DNA of 55,352 nucleotides, taken from the IMG/VR virus record IMGVR_UViG_3300015360_002570, positions 1-55,352 of that record. One strand, written 5' to 3'. This DNA comes from a virus. Taxonomy: Duplodnaviria; Caudoviricetes. This document shows positions 36,656-46,981 of this stretch, one piece after another. Position numbers and translations under genes: made by a program. The number at the start of each line of letters is the position of its first letter. Position 1 is the first letter of the stretch. The notes under the pieces were generated by a model. It was not told where the DNA came from, did not search any database, and worked only from the letters and a program-made list of their open reading frames with translations.

Positions 36656-38584
36656 ATGAGCCAGTTCAGCCAGCCGCTCCAACCCACGAACACCCCCTTC
36701 ATCGGCATCAATGTCAGTGGTGTTGATCCGTCACAGGCTATCAACACGATTGCGGGCGTGAAGCAGGGCGAACTCAACCGCGCCCACGAAGCAGGCGAGA
36801 ACGCCAAGAACCGTTCGGCGCAGGGCCGCGAGGGGGCAGCGAACCGGGCCGCGGGCGCCAAGGAAGCCACAGCCGACCGTGGCTTCCGGGCGGGAGAGGG
36901 GGAAAAGGATCGCGCCGCGGCGACCCAGCTCGCGGGGCAGGGCCAGGCGTTCCAGCAGCAGCAGGCGGACAAGCAGATCGCGGCCAACCAGGAAACCCAG
37001 ACGATAAATATGAAGGTGCAGTTGGCGATCTCGCAGTATCAAGCTGAACAGACGGCGCTGGACGCGGAGATCGAGCTGGCTGTTGCGCAGGGCAGGGTAG
37101 AGGACGCCGCCCAGAAGCAGGAGGAGATTCAAGAGTTTGAGAGAAAGATCGCGGACCTGAACGGGAAAGTGGCCACTTTTGGGGCACTGTCTGCGGGCTA
37201 TACGACAGATTTCAGTCCTACCAACCAGTCGGCCTTCATCGCGCACCTGACAGGCGCGGCGAGGGCGACCCTACAGACGAGGGCCAACGCCGTCAACACA
37301 AGTGCGGAGAACCTCAAGAAGTGGCTCATCGAGAGCAACGTCCTCGGTGGCAAGTCGGGAGATCACATTGTTGATCCGAAAGACCCGACGATAGTTTGGG
37401 TAAGAGAACCAGGCACGAAGGAGGGGGGGACTCAGGTGATTGTCGAGGATGGCCGTCTGATGTTAATCAAACCGGACGGGTCGCGGAGGCCGACCGGGAG
37501 TTCGAGTTACCAAGGACAGATGCGGTATTTGGGGTATCGTGCCGAAAAAATTACGGGAGGGTCTACGGCTTCGGGGAGGCAACTCCCTGTCGATGGGGGG
37601 TACGGGACGCTGATTCAGAGTCATTTTATGAACAGCGGGATTCAGATCAAGGACAGCGAGGCGAGCGCCATCGTCGCCGTGATGAACGCTGTGAGGATGG
37701 CGCCGCCGGACGGCAAGAAGCTGGCGGCGGCGGCGTTGGGGGACGTCGTGAACGGGATTGTGGCCTCGAACAAAGACCTCGTGAAGAGTGAAGTTAGCGC
37801 CAAGGTAGTGAGGCAGACGCTGGGTCAGCTCTTCGAGCTGACCGATCGTTTGACCAGTGGAGACTCCCAGGTGAAGGCCCAGGCGCTGACGGACATCAAC
37901 CTTACGGCGCTGCAAAATGGGCAGCCGCTGACAACGCTGAGCCCGATGGGAGAAGGCAGTGGGATTACGGGGGCCCAGAGTAAGGGTGAGGGGATGCTCT
38001 ACACCAAGGAGGCGGCAAGAAAGGAGATGTCCGAGCTCACCCGCTTTTTGGGAACTCTGCCTGACAACGAGGGTAAAGGGCGGTTGTTTCCGGGATATGG
38101 GACGCTGGGAAACCTCAGCGATCTTGTACACGGCGCCCCCGAGATGGAGGTGTTGGTGAAGGTCTTGCAGGACGTGCTGCGGACTCCCGACCTGGCGGGA
38201 GCGCTGGCCGACTTCACGGACCCCCAGGGCAACCCCCTGAATCCGGGAGGGAATGTCATCGCGCAGCGGCTGCTGCTGACCATGAAGCCCGAGCAGGTCG
38301 AGTGGCTGAAAGACGCCATGAGCAAGATCGTGAACCAGAGGCTGGCCGAACACAATGTCACCAGGAAAGAGATGGGAGAAGGGGAAGAGACTGATCCGGA
38401 GCTTCTTCAGAAGGCGGTCGAGGGCCTGATTGGGGAGAGGGATACGGTGTCCAAGAAGCACGAGCTGAAGAGCGCAGCCAGCGAAGCCGCCAAAAGACGG
38501 AAGGGTTTGGATGAGAAGAGGAAGGCGAGGAAAGGGTCGGACGACGAAATCGGAAGGCTTCTGGAAAAAGGTAGATATAAATGA
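36656..38584 (+). CDS. Putative internal virion/ejection protein
   Basis: 642 aa, Cys-free, coiled-coil; N-terminal 11-aa-type NRA/DRA repeats. Confidence 0.55.
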   Translation: MSQFSQPLQPTNTPFIGINVSGVDPSQAINTIAGVKQGELNRAHEAGENAKNRSAQGREGAANRAAGAKEATADRGFRAGEGEKDRAAATQLAGQGQAFQQQQADKQIAANQETQTINMKVQLAISQYQAEQTALDAEIELAVAQGRVEDAAQKQEEIQEFERKIADLNGKVATFGALSAGYTTDFSPTNQSAFIAHLTGAARATLQTRANAVNTSAENLKKWLIESNVLGGKSGDHIVDPKDPTIVWVREPGTKEGGTQVIVEDGRLMLIKPDGSRRPTGSSSYQGQMRYLGYRAEKITGGSTASGRQLPVDGGYGTLIQSHFMNSGIQIKDSEASAIVAVMNAVRMAPPDGKKLAAAALGDVVNGIVASNKDLVKSEVSAKVVRQTLGQLFELTDRLTSGDSQVKAQALTDINLTALQNGQPLTTLSPMGEGSGITGAQSKGEGMLYTKEAARKEMSELTRFLGTLPDNEGKGRLFPGYGTLGNLSDLVHGAPEMEVLVKVLQDVLRTPDLAGALADFTDPQGNPLNPGGNVIAQRLLLTMKPEQVEWLKDAMSKIVNQRLAEHNVTRKEMGEGEETDPELLQKAVEGLIGERDTVSKKHELKSAASEAAKRRKGLDEKRKARKGSDDEIGRLLEKGRYK

Positions 38585-39135
38585 CAGATGTGAAAACCAA
38601 GACAGCCGAGACAGTCGCGGCAGCCGCGAAAACCGCGGCAGCCACGACAACCGAGGCAGAGGCGAGAAGCGCGGCAGCAGCGGCTATGGGGAGGGCCATG
38701 GGGAAAACGGGGTTCATGGCGAAGGCCATGAAGTTCGGAAAAATGGGTCTGAAGATCGGGGGCGGGGCGCTGGGAGTAGCACTTCTGATCCCGACGATCC
38801 TGGACATTGCGGACAGGTTCGGCGCCGATATTTGGGGCGTCGAGAGGCGACGGAAGGGTCTGGTGGCCGACGACATCAGCGCGATGCTGGACAGCGACCT
38901 CGAAAGGAGGGCGGACAAATACCGGGAGCAGGAGGTGACACCGGCGGCCTTGGGGGCCGTGGGCCGGATGCACGACGGGCTGGCCCAAAGCACGGGGTTC
39001 GCGGAGGCCAACGCGGACCTCTCGTTTGAGAATCTGCTCAACAGCAGGGCGCAGAGGCTGGCCGCGGCCAGCGTGCCCCAGAGCCAACAGCCGACTCTCA
39101 CGGAGCTGGCGGCAAGGTTGGGTCTGCCCGTATGA
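38581..39135 (+). CDS. Hypothetical protein with one hydrophobic segment
   Basis: IGGGALGVALLIPTIL; overlapping start and stop. Confidence 0.7.
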   Translation: MTDVKTKTAETVAAAAKTAAATTTEAEARSAAAAAMGRAMGKTGFMAKAMKFGKMGLKIGGGALGVALLIPTILDIADRFGADIWGVERRRKGLVADDISAMLDSDLERRADKYREQEVTPAALGAVGRMHDGLAQSTGFAEANADLSFENLLNSRAQRLAAASVPQSQQPTLTELAARLGLPV

Positions 39136-39449
39136 AAATCAACTGGAAAGAAGTGACCCGACAGATCATGGCGGGCCTCGACAACTCCTACCGCTTCAAA
39201 ATCGTCTTCTCCCAGGCGGAAGAGGGGGTCTGGGTACCGCGGGGCATCTTCGTGGCCCAGAAGGGTCTCACCCTGAAGGAGTTGAGAAGGTGGTTGTGGG
39301 AGCAGAGAAAGTGCCGGTTCCTGGAAGAAAAGGGCGTGAGCCTGTGGGCCGTGAAGGACGATGACGGAACGGTCTATGTGGGATTCGCCCAGCAGGTGAG
39401 CGGGCGCGTGGCGGAGCGGTGGATCAGGATGGGCGGGCCGACCTTATGA
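39132..39449 (+). CDS. Hypothetical protein
   Basis: ATGA overlaps at both ends. Confidence 0.7.
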   Translation: MKINWKEVTRQIMAGLDNSYRFKIVFSQAEEGVWVPRGIFVAQKGLTLKELRRWLWEQRKCRFLEEKGVSLWAVKDDDGTVYVGFAQQVSGRVAERWIRMGGPTL

Positions 39450-40093
39450 GTATTATTCCAAAGAGAGTCCTCGCCTACCTAGAGGGAGCCTGGGCCAGCG
39501 CCCAGGCTGCGGCGAAGACGGGCGCCCGGTCTGCGGGGGCGGCGGGCGCCCAGGCTGTGGAAGCGACGGCGGGCGTCCGGTCTGCGGCGTCGGCGGGCGC
39601 CCAGGCTGCGGCGGCGGGAGCGAAGAAGGCTGCGGTGACGGTGGGCGGAGCCACGATGGCGGGCTTGGGCGTTCTCAAGAGGAACAAAGGGAAGATTGCG
39701 CTGGGGGCGGCGGCGGGCGTGGGTCTGACGTTCGCCGACGAGATCGCGGGAGGGGTAGCTGACGCGGGCGAGGGCGTGCATGAGGCGATAACGAACGCGA
39801 GATACGACGAACGACGGGGTGTGTTGAGGCAGGCCCGTCAGAACCAGATGCTCAGGGAGATCGAGGCCCGGAAGCAGGAACGGGCCGTCGCCATGAACAC
39901 GATGCGGTTGCAGCAGCTCGATCCCCACCTGTACGCCGAGATCAGCGCGGGACGCCAACTGGCGCGAGACTCCGTGCCGATTGGGGGCCGCAAGCGCGAA
40001 GACCTTCTGCGACAGGTCGCCCTCCAGATGAGCCAGGGCCGCTTCGGAGGTCCGCCCCCCGATACGGGAGAGGGGGCCTTCCTTGGACAGTAA
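39446..40093 (+). CDS. Ala-rich hypothetical protein with tandem repeats
   Basis: GCCCAGGCTG units about 50 nt apart; ATG at 39446. Confidence 0.7.
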   Translation: MSIIPKRVLAYLEGAWASAQAAAKTGARSAGAAGAQAVEATAGVRSAASAGAQAAAAGAKKAAVTVGGATMAGLGVLKRNKGKIALGAAAGVGLTFADEIAGGVADAGEGVHEAITNARYDERRGVLRQARQNQMLREIEARKQERAVAMNTMRLQQLDPHLYAEISAGRQLARDSVPIGGRKREDLLRQVALQMSQGRFGGPPPDTGEGAFLGQ

Positions 40094-40103
40094 CGTAAAT
40101 AAG

Positions 40104-41735
40104 ATGCCCCCCGAACTGCGGATGGTGTCGCTGACAAAACACCTGAATCGTGTGCCTACGGAGGACCTCATTCGGGAGATCAGGGGGGAGCCCAACGCTC
40201 TCTTGAAGGAGCTGGCCGGACCCAAGCTGCTGAGGGAAGCGATGCAGGCGGAGCTGGCTGGAAGGATGCCGGAGAAGTGGAAGTTCGAGAGCCAGAAGCC
40301 GAACCCCCCCAGAAAAGGTCCGGGGGGCGCCAACACGAACAGGCTGATAGCGACTCCCAACGACAAGATTAATCTGGATGTCCCCCTCTCCCGTCCGGTG
40401 ATGGAGAAGATGTATGCGAGGTATCTAGAGGGGTCAACAAAGAGGACGGTGGATAAGGAGGATTTTCCGCGGCTGCACGCGGCTCTGGAAAAGACGGTCA
40501 GGACGGCCAAGGCACGGTCGATGCGGGGTCCAGAGAAGGAGCCCGAGAAGACGCTGAACGAACTGAAGCAGGAGAAGGAGGCCGCCTTCAGGGAAGACGA
40601 GCAGATGATGGAGGAGGAGCGCAAAGACAGGCGGGAGAGGAAGGCTGATGCCGAAAACAGGAAGGGGTTCGAGCATAAAAGGAGGGAGCCCGATCAGACG
40701 AGGTCGGGGTTCAGGCCCGGTGTGGATGCGTCCGTGCCCAAAGAGGTCGTGGATTTCAAGAAGAGCGCCAGGGAGATCAGCAATCCGTTGAAGCAAGGGA
40801 GCCTGAAGGAACGCATGAAGATGCTGGAGAGGGAACTGAACCACGCGATGCAGGACGTGAACCAGAAGTTCCCCCCCGACAATAAAGAGTCGTGGGACAG
40901 TCCGAAGAACAAGAAGATGTTCAAGGAACGGGTGTCCCGCCAGACGGACATTGTGCGGGCGACGGTTGAGGAGGGCAGCCGGTTCGCGGACGCCTCCGAG
41001 ATCAACAAGCTCGTAGCGCCACACCACAAACTGTTGGCGAACAGGCCCGAGTACTTTGCAAAGCAGGCATTAAACGACTTTAACGAAGCGAAGAAGGGGG
41101 GCGCCGACCCAGGCCTGGTTAAGAGGTTGGAGGAGTTGGCGGCGGGGCAGGCCGACGTGGTTGTTCATGTGAAGAGGGGGGAGTACACGCAGGCCCACCT
41201 GAAGGGGCTGGAGATGTTCAACCTGGAGCAAATGATGAAGAACCCCCGCAACCAAGAGGCGAGGGGACTCAGAGATTCCTACCAGCGGCAGTACTACAGC
41301 GTGGTGGATGGTGGGGGCCAGCGGTACACGAAGAGCCCCGAGTACGATGATGACGGGAGGCCCGTAACCACGGAAGGGCAGGACCGGTCCCGCAAGAAGC
41401 AGGAGAGGAGGGAGGACTGGAAAGCGAACACGGATCAGAACAGGGCGATTGCGCAGGACGCTGAGTGGACGACGGACCAGAAGGCGGCGGCAGGAAATCT
41501 TGGCAAGGCTGAGAAGGGTGGGGCAAGGGGGGGCAGCCCCATGCCGAGGGTGGGGCCGGGAGGCGCGAACGTGAACAGGCTGAGCGGCGAGGGGAGGCCG
41601 CCTGTGTTCAGCTGGAATCCGCCCATTAAGCCGTATGTGAAGCAGGTGGGCAGGCTGATGACCCCGATGGAGAAGAAAGCGGGGCTGATCTGGAAGATTT
41701 TGAGGCAGTTGGCGAGGCGGAAGTTGAGGCTATAG
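40104..41735 (+). CDS. Highly charged hypothetical protein
   Basis: K/E/R-rich, Cys-free; GPGGANxNRL occurs twice. Confidence 0.75.
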   Translation: MPPELRMVSLTKHLNRVPTEDLIREIRGEPNALLKELAGPKLLREAMQAELAGRMPEKWKFESQKPNPPRKGPGGANTNRLIATPNDKINLDVPLSRPVMEKMYARYLEGSTKRTVDKEDFPRLHAALEKTVRTAKARSMRGPEKEPEKTLNELKQEKEAAFREDEQMMEEERKDRRERKADAENRKGFEHKRREPDQTRSGFRPGVDASVPKEVVDFKKSAREISNPLKQGSLKERMKMLERELNHAMQDVNQKFPPDNKESWDSPKNKKMFKERVSRQTDIVRATVEEGSRFADASEINKLVAPHHKLLANRPEYFAKQALNDFNEAKKGGADPGLVKRLEELAAGQADVVVHVKRGEYTQAHLKGLEMFNLEQMMKNPRNQEARGLRDSYQRQYYSVVDGGGQRYTKSPEYDDDGRPVTTEGQDRSRKKQERREDWKANTDQNRAIAQDAEWTTDQKAAAGNLGKAEKGGARGGSPMPRVGPGGANVNRLSGEGRPPVFSWNPPIKPYVKQVGRLMTPMEKKAGLIWKILRQLARRKLRL

Positions 41736-41760
41736 TTGGAGACACCCTGGAGACACGAAG

Positions 41761-42330
41761 ATGAGTGGTCAGTTCCCGATGCCCGTTAAAGAGTTCAGCG
41801 ATTTCGAGGTGAAGACGAGGACGTTCGGGCCGTACGCGGCTGCGAACTTCGCCAGCACCGACAACGTGGTGCGCCTGCCCATCATGTTCGAGAGGGATGC
41901 AGTCGTGCATAAAATGAGCGTGCAGGCGGGCACGAGGAGCAGCGTGGACGATGTCGGCCTGACCCTGATGAAGGGGGCGATCAACGCGACCACGAAAGTG
42001 GTAACGGCGCACAGTGGTACGGTGGCCGCGAGTCCGAACAATCGGGTGAGCAGCACCCGGAATATCGGGGATGGGACCACAACCAACCAGGTGGGGATCA
42101 CGAACAATCGCAAGGAACAGGTCGAGCTTATCAAGGGGTTCGGGACGGGAGCCGCCATCGTGGTGCCGGGCGTCGAGCCGGGCGATCAGGTGTTCACAGG
42201 CGGCGTGGTCCAGGGGCCGTACGAAAACATTATTGAGGCGGGCAACGAACTGTACCTGCACACGGACCTGGCGGCGACGGACCTGGCGGGGCTCTACGTG
42301 CATCTGGTTATTGGGTACAGGAAGGCATAA
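41761..42330 (+). CDS. Beta-rich hypothetical virion protein
   Basis: GGAG SD; followed by a terminator. Confidence 0.7.
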   Translation: MSGQFPMPVKEFSDFEVKTRTFGPYAAANFASTDNVVRLPIMFERDAVVHKMSVQAGTRSSVDDVGLTLMKGAINATTKVVTAHSGTVAASPNNRVSSTRNIGDGTTTNQVGITNNRKEQVELIKGFGTGAAIVVPGVEPGDQVFTGGVVQGPYENIIEAGNELYLHTDLAATDLAGLYVHLVIGYRKA

Positions 42331-42363
42331 CAAGGCGGATCGGGTGCGAGGACCCGGTAGGTG

Positions 42364-42400
42364 AAAAACCCCCTGGCGTGAGGCCGGGGGGGTTTTATTT
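42364..42400. terminator. Bidirectional terminator
   Basis: AAAAACCCCCTGGC..GCCGGGGGGGTTTT between convergent genes. Confidence 0.7.
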
Positions 42401-42488
42401 CATCTGTGGATAGGCGCGCCAAAGAGCTTCCAACCGATGATGATCCAGTAGAGAAATGAGATTGTCATGCGGGAGGGTAGAGCGTAAC

Positions 42489-43034
42489 TCAGCCCTTTGG
42501 AGACTCCGGGGGGTTGCCGTTGGCGCCTTCCCACTCGCGGGCGAACTGTTCGAGTACGAGGTACATCATGCGACCGATTTCGATCTGAGTGGTGGGCGTG
42601 CGCTGCGCGAGAAGGTGGAGGATGTCGAAGATGAGAGACACACAGATAGATGCGTTTGTGGTGTCCACTTCGTCCATGTCGTCGGGGGAAGAGGCACCCC
42701 CGTAGCCGCCAAGAGACTCGCCGATGGCGCGAAGTGCGCAGAGGGCGCGGGCCGCTCGCTCTTCCCCTTGTTTGGTTGCGACGTAGGCCCTTTCGAGGGG
42801 CGGCAGGGTGTCAAGCAAGGACGGGAGAGGGGGCAAAGGCTCGGCGTCGGTGAGGGGAACCGCGGTGAACGTGATGTCGGTGCAGCCTTCAACAGGAAGT
42901 GCGGATAAGGGCCAGATGCCCAGCTCTTTGCAGAGGAAGTTCCACGCTTTGTTACGATTCTCTTCGCCGAGGGAGGCGGCGGATGTGAGGTCGTAGGCTT
43001 GGAGGTTCGTGAGGGTGTACTGGGTGCGGGCCAT
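42489..43034 (-). CDS. Hypothetical acidic protein, inverted within the virion block
   Basis: AGGA SD, ATG at 43034 (MARTQYTL...). Confidence 0.7.
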   Translation of the reverse strand: MARTQYTLTNLQAYDLTSAASLGEENRNKAWNFLCKELGIWPLSALPVEGCTDITFTAVPLTDAEPLPPLPSLLDTLPPLERAYVATKQGEERAARALCALRAIGESLGGYGGASSPDDMDEVDTTNASICVSLIFDILHLLAQRTPTTQIEIGRMMYLVLEQFAREWEGANGNPPESPKG

Positions 43035-43053
43035 GTGGTTCCTACAGTGGGGT

Positions 43054-46000
43054 ATGAGCAGGTACAGCGAGTTCAATATTTATGATGCGCCCAGCGCGAT
43101 TGCAGGTCAGGCCCTGAAGGGGCAGTTGAGCCTGAAGAACGCGAGGGACGCGGTCCTGAATCCTGAGAATCTGAGTCCCAGTGAGCGCCAGAACCTGTAC
43201 CAGACGCTGACGGGAGGGGGGTCGGGCAACCGGATCGTAGACACGCTGGGCAACATCGCCACAAGTCCGTGGCTCTACATCGCACTTCTTACGGGGCCGC
43301 TGGGTGTGGAGGCCCTGAAGGGCGGGAAGAGTTTGTTCATGCTGGCCGCGGCGAAGAACCCGATGGCCCGCAAAACCCTCACCATGTTGGAGAGCGCGGG
43401 TGTGATGGGGCTCAGCACCATGATGCCCAGTCACGCGGTACAGGCCGGACAGGACATGCAGGGCGTGATCGAGGAGGGGCTGGAGTTGGCGGCACGGATG
43501 GGGGCAAAGACGGAGGCGGCGCTGCGGGTGGCCATTGAAACGAGGTTGGCGGGAAAAGGCGTAATCGCCAAGATCACGACGCTTAATCCCGAAGACTACA
43601 AAGGGGTGGTTGGGGAAGAGGTAAACCGGGTGATGTGGGGAATCCGGGTCAGGGGGACCGGGCTGGATGACGTGGCGGAGACCTCGTACCAGAGGGGGAA
43701 GCTGAGCGGGTTTACGGTGACGGATCGGAACGGAAACGTGCTGACGCCCTCGGCCCTGCCCAAAGATTTGACGGAGGAGCTGGAGGCGCTGGAGAACGTG
43801 AAGGGCGCTCCGATGAAGACCTATACGAGCGCGGTTGAGGGCTTAAACAACAGGTTGGAGCAGAGGGCGGTCGCCGCGCAGCAGGCCGGGAACGCGGCGG
43901 GTTCGGTTCCCTTCCGTGTGACGATCAAAATGGAGGAAGAGACGCTGTTGAGGGAGAAGCGGGCCGCCTACTTCAATAAGGGGGATACGGACAGGTTGTT
44001 CGCGGAGTACCCCGAAGCGCTGGCACATGTGGAGATGATGGAGGACGTGGGGCGGATCGGGTACGTGAAGCTGGTGGGCGACGAGACCCGGATGCTCACG
44101 CCCCAGGGCGACCTGGTGCGGGGCGGAGCGTTTCATACGGACCAAGATAAGCTGGAGCGGTTGGCGGAGGTTCTCCGCCACCAGAAGTTGGGAGAGGGGG
44201 ACAATGAGGCAACGGGCGCCAAGCTGTTGGGCTGGATCGTGGGCCAGGATAACACCAGCGAGATGTGGAGACTGGTGAAGAAGGGGGATGCGGGAGCGAT
44301 TGCGCAGGCGAAGGCCATGCTCGACGCGAAGTTGAGTACGGAGTGGGGCCAGAAGTACGCGCCGAGGAATCTGATGAAGCCCGCGGAAGTGGTGGGCGTG
44401 GAGCTGCCGAAGGGGATGAGGGAACTAGAGGAAGACTATCACACGATGGCGGTGGGCGCGGGCCGCGTGATCCCGCGGACGGATGCGGTGCCCCTGTATC
44501 ACAATAAGGATATGGTAGATGCGGGCAAGCATTTTGGTCTGACGAAAGAGGGAATGGACCACATCAGTCTGGTGGACGAGGAGGCCGCCAAGGCTCTGAG
44601 AAGGGGGCGGGAGAAAGACGGGTTTAAGGAGACGCTGTCCACCCACTCGTTGAGACTGGAGGACAGTCATGCGAGGTATGTGGTCGAAGTCCATAGGGCG
44701 CACGCTCTCAACACGGCGGCGGTCAGCGACGCCGCGTACCGGCATGAGGCCCACAACGCGAGACAGGTGCCGACGGAAACCAGGCAGCGCCAGACTCAGC
44801 ATGGGTTCGGGGGCCCCAACCAGGGCTATACAAATCCGAACACGGGGGCGTCGCATCCGGGGATCAGCGTGCCCCTGGGAGAGCCATTGCGCGACGGGTT
44901 GAAATCGAGGGGGATCAAGGATACGAGTAACTACATGCTGCTTCAGAGGGCGCATGACGGGATGGTCGATCCCGCGAGGCAGGCGATGCTGCGCAACGTG
45001 CTGATTCCCAGCCTGGTGGGATCGTCGAATCATTCCCAGATGGCATACGCCGCGAGCATCGAGTTCCAGAAGTCGATGGCCGGTAAGTTCGCAAAGAGCA
45101 AGATCGGGAACATGGTGAGGGCGTGGGGCGGGAAGCACGGCGCCGCCTTCGTCGATGACATGGAGGAGTTCTCGAAGAAGGAGCTGAATCCCACGGGCAC
45201 ACAGACGATGAGCAGGCACCTGGCCAACTACCTGTTCGTGACACATATGGGGTTCAATGTATCAAGCGTGCTGGTGAACATGATGCAGCCGTTGACGCTG
45301 GCGGCAGGGGCTACGGGGCTGGGTGGGATTGCGAAGGGGTATGGGAAGGCCATCAAGGAGGTGTTTGGATATGTGGCGGAGCGGGTGGGCAGCGGCAAGG
45401 CGTTCGCAACGGACGTGGAGAGGGCCGCCCTCATCAAGAAGCACTTTAAGTGGGCCGACCAGGCCGGGATCACGCCCGACTGGATGCGTCTGGTTGAAGG
45501 AAGAAGCGGCGTGGACGGCTGGATGGGCAGGGCCAGCAAGCTGGCGATGAATCTGTTTGAGAAAAGCGAGTGGTTCAACAAGAGCGCGGCGGGGCACATG
45601 CTGGAACACGCCTACGTGAAGGCGGGCCGCAACGTGATGACCGACCCTCTCTTCAAGAGCGATATGAGAGGGTGGATCGCCAGCACGCAGTTCGCGCCCG
45701 ACAAGCTGTTCACGCCTCTGGTCTTTCTGGAGCCCGACAGCCAGATCAGGGGTGTTAAGATGCACGGATTGCTGTCGAACCCCCTCGTGAAGATGTTCAT
45801 GCAGTTCCCGGTGCGGACGGCCACGAACTTCTGGGCCATCCATCCCGATCTGGGAGGGGCGGAGGGCGTGGCCAGCAAACTGAAGTATTGGGGCCGGGCC
45901 TTCGCCATCAGCGCGGTCGTGAATGAGGTGGGAAAGGGGATACTGGGCGTGCATTTGAGCAGGGGCCTGGCGGCGAGCAGCGTGACCGACGTGATGGGCG

Positions 46001-46818
46001 GCAACAAAGTGCTGTACAACGATCAGTGGTATCCGATGCCGCCCGTGGTGAGGATGGCCACCAATCTGGTGAGGGGATTAGGTGGGGACACCACGGCGAT
46101 GGCCGACTTCCTGGCCACCAGCGTGCCGGGGGGCATCGCGTTGGGAAGGGCCGTTGGAGTTATGCCCCAACTGAGCCCGTTGATGGGCGCCGGGTTGCTC
46201 CAGAAGACATATGCGGATTATGGGAACATCCAGCCCGACGGCACGGTGCCCGTCTATAAGTGGGACGGCACGCTCATTGAGAACAAGACCCCGGCGGAGA
46301 TTGTGATGAGAGGTCTGGGCGTTGATCTGGGAAGCTGGGGCGAGCAGGGGGCCATTGATGGATACCTGATTAAGCAGAGGGCACGGATTCTCAAGTACAG
46401 GCACGAGTTTCTAAGGAGGCTCGCGGGCAACGACACGGCGGGCGCCGAAGCGATCAGGAGGGAGTTTGGCACAAAGTTCAAGGACCCCGTCAACGGCCAG
46501 CCCATGCCCCTTACGGTGACACAGCAGCAGGTCAAGAGCTACATGAGGGCCAGGGCGATGATGGGGCGTACGGAACGCATCCTGGACAGCCTGCCCGCCG
46601 ACGCCAGAAGCCAGTACGCCGCCTTCGCGGAAGGTGCGGGCGCCAGCAGGGGCATCGACCTCACGAGCGGCGCCACGGCCTCCACACGGGAGAGGGGGGA
46701 CACCACGATTCAGGATGATCGGATCAGGGAGTTGCAGAGGAGGGTGGAGGCGGTGGGACCGGCAGCCGCCCAGAAGACAGGGTTCGATAAGTTCGCAAGT
46801 TACTCGGGAGCCGGATGA
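43054..46818 (+). CDS. Large internal virion / DNA ejection protein
   Basis: ~1254 aa, Cys-free; GFNVSSVLVNMMQP and MFMQFP segments typical of large podovirus ejection proteins. Confidence 0.6.
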   Translation: MSRYSEFNIYDAPSAIAGQALKGQLSLKNARDAVLNPENLSPSERQNLYQTLTGGGSGNRIVDTLGNIATSPWLYIALLTGPLGVEALKGGKSLFMLAAAKNPMARKTLTMLESAGVMGLSTMMPSHAVQAGQDMQGVIEEGLELAARMGAKTEAALRVAIETRLAGKGVIAKITTLNPEDYKGVVGEEVNRVMWGIRVRGTGLDDVAETSYQRGKLSGFTVTDRNGNVLTPSALPKDLTEELEALENVKGAPMKTYTSAVEGLNNRLEQRAVAAQQAGNAAGSVPFRVTIKMEEETLLREKRAAYFNKGDTDRLFAEYPEALAHVEMMEDVGRIGYVKLVGDETRMLTPQGDLVRGGAFHTDQDKLERLAEVLRHQKLGEGDNEATGAKLLGWIVGQDNTSEMWRLVKKGDAGAIAQAKAMLDAKLSTEWGQKYAPRNLMKPAEVVGVELPKGMRELEEDYHTMAVGAGRVIPRTDAVPLYHNKDMVDAGKHFGLTKEGMDHISLVDEEAAKALRRGREKDGFKETLSTHSLRLEDSHARYVVEVHRAHALNTAAVSDAAYRHEAHNARQVPTETRQRQTQHGFGGPNQGYTNPNTGASHPGISVPLGEPLRDGLKSRGIKDTSNYMLLQRAHDGMVDPARQAMLRNVLIPSLVGSSNHSQMAYAASIEFQKSMAGKFAKSKIGNMVRAWGGKHGAAFVDDMEEFSKKELNPTGTQTMSRHLANYLFVTHMGFNVSSVLVNMMQPLTLAAGATGLGGIAKGYGKAIKEVFGYVAERVGSGKAFATDVERAALIKKHFKWADQAGITPDWMRLVEGRSGVDGWMGRASKLAMNLFEKSEWFNKSAAGHMLEHAYVKAGRNVMTDPLFKSDMRGWIASTQFAPDKLFTPLVFLEPDSQIRGVKMHGLLSNPLVKMFMQFPVRTATNFWAIHPDLGGAEGVASKLKYWGRAFAISAVVNEVGKGILGVHLSRGLAASSVTDVMGGNKVLYNDQWYPMPPVVRMATNLVRGLGGDTTAMADFLATSVPGGIALGRAVGVMPQLSPLMGAGLLQKTYADYGNIQPDGTVPVYKWDGTLIENKTPAEIVMRGLGVDLGSWGEQGAIDGYLIKQRARILKYRHEFLRRLAGNDTAGAEAIRREFGTKFKDPVNGQPMPLTVTQQQVKSYMRARAMMGRTERILDSLPADARSQYAAFAEGAGASRGIDLTSGATASTRERGDTTIQDDRIRELQRRVEAVGPAAAQKTGFDKFASYSGAG

Positions 46819-46913
46819 GCCAGGCCCAAACCCCAAGATATATATACATTCTTTTCTCTAAATGTTTAGAAGGAGGGCTTGGCTCATCAGGCTCAGAGTC
46901 CCCCCTCTCCCAT
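46816..46913. other. Second iteron/AT-rich locus related to 16976..17190
   Basis: TGAGCC, TATATATA, TTCTCTAAAT, GGCTCATCAGGCTCA, then the dispersed motif. Confidence 0.5.
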
Positions 46914-46981
46914 CTGGGCGAGGTAGTCGAGGCCGTCCTTGAAGTCACGGAAGAGGACTCGCTTCAGGGCGGGGGGGCTTC

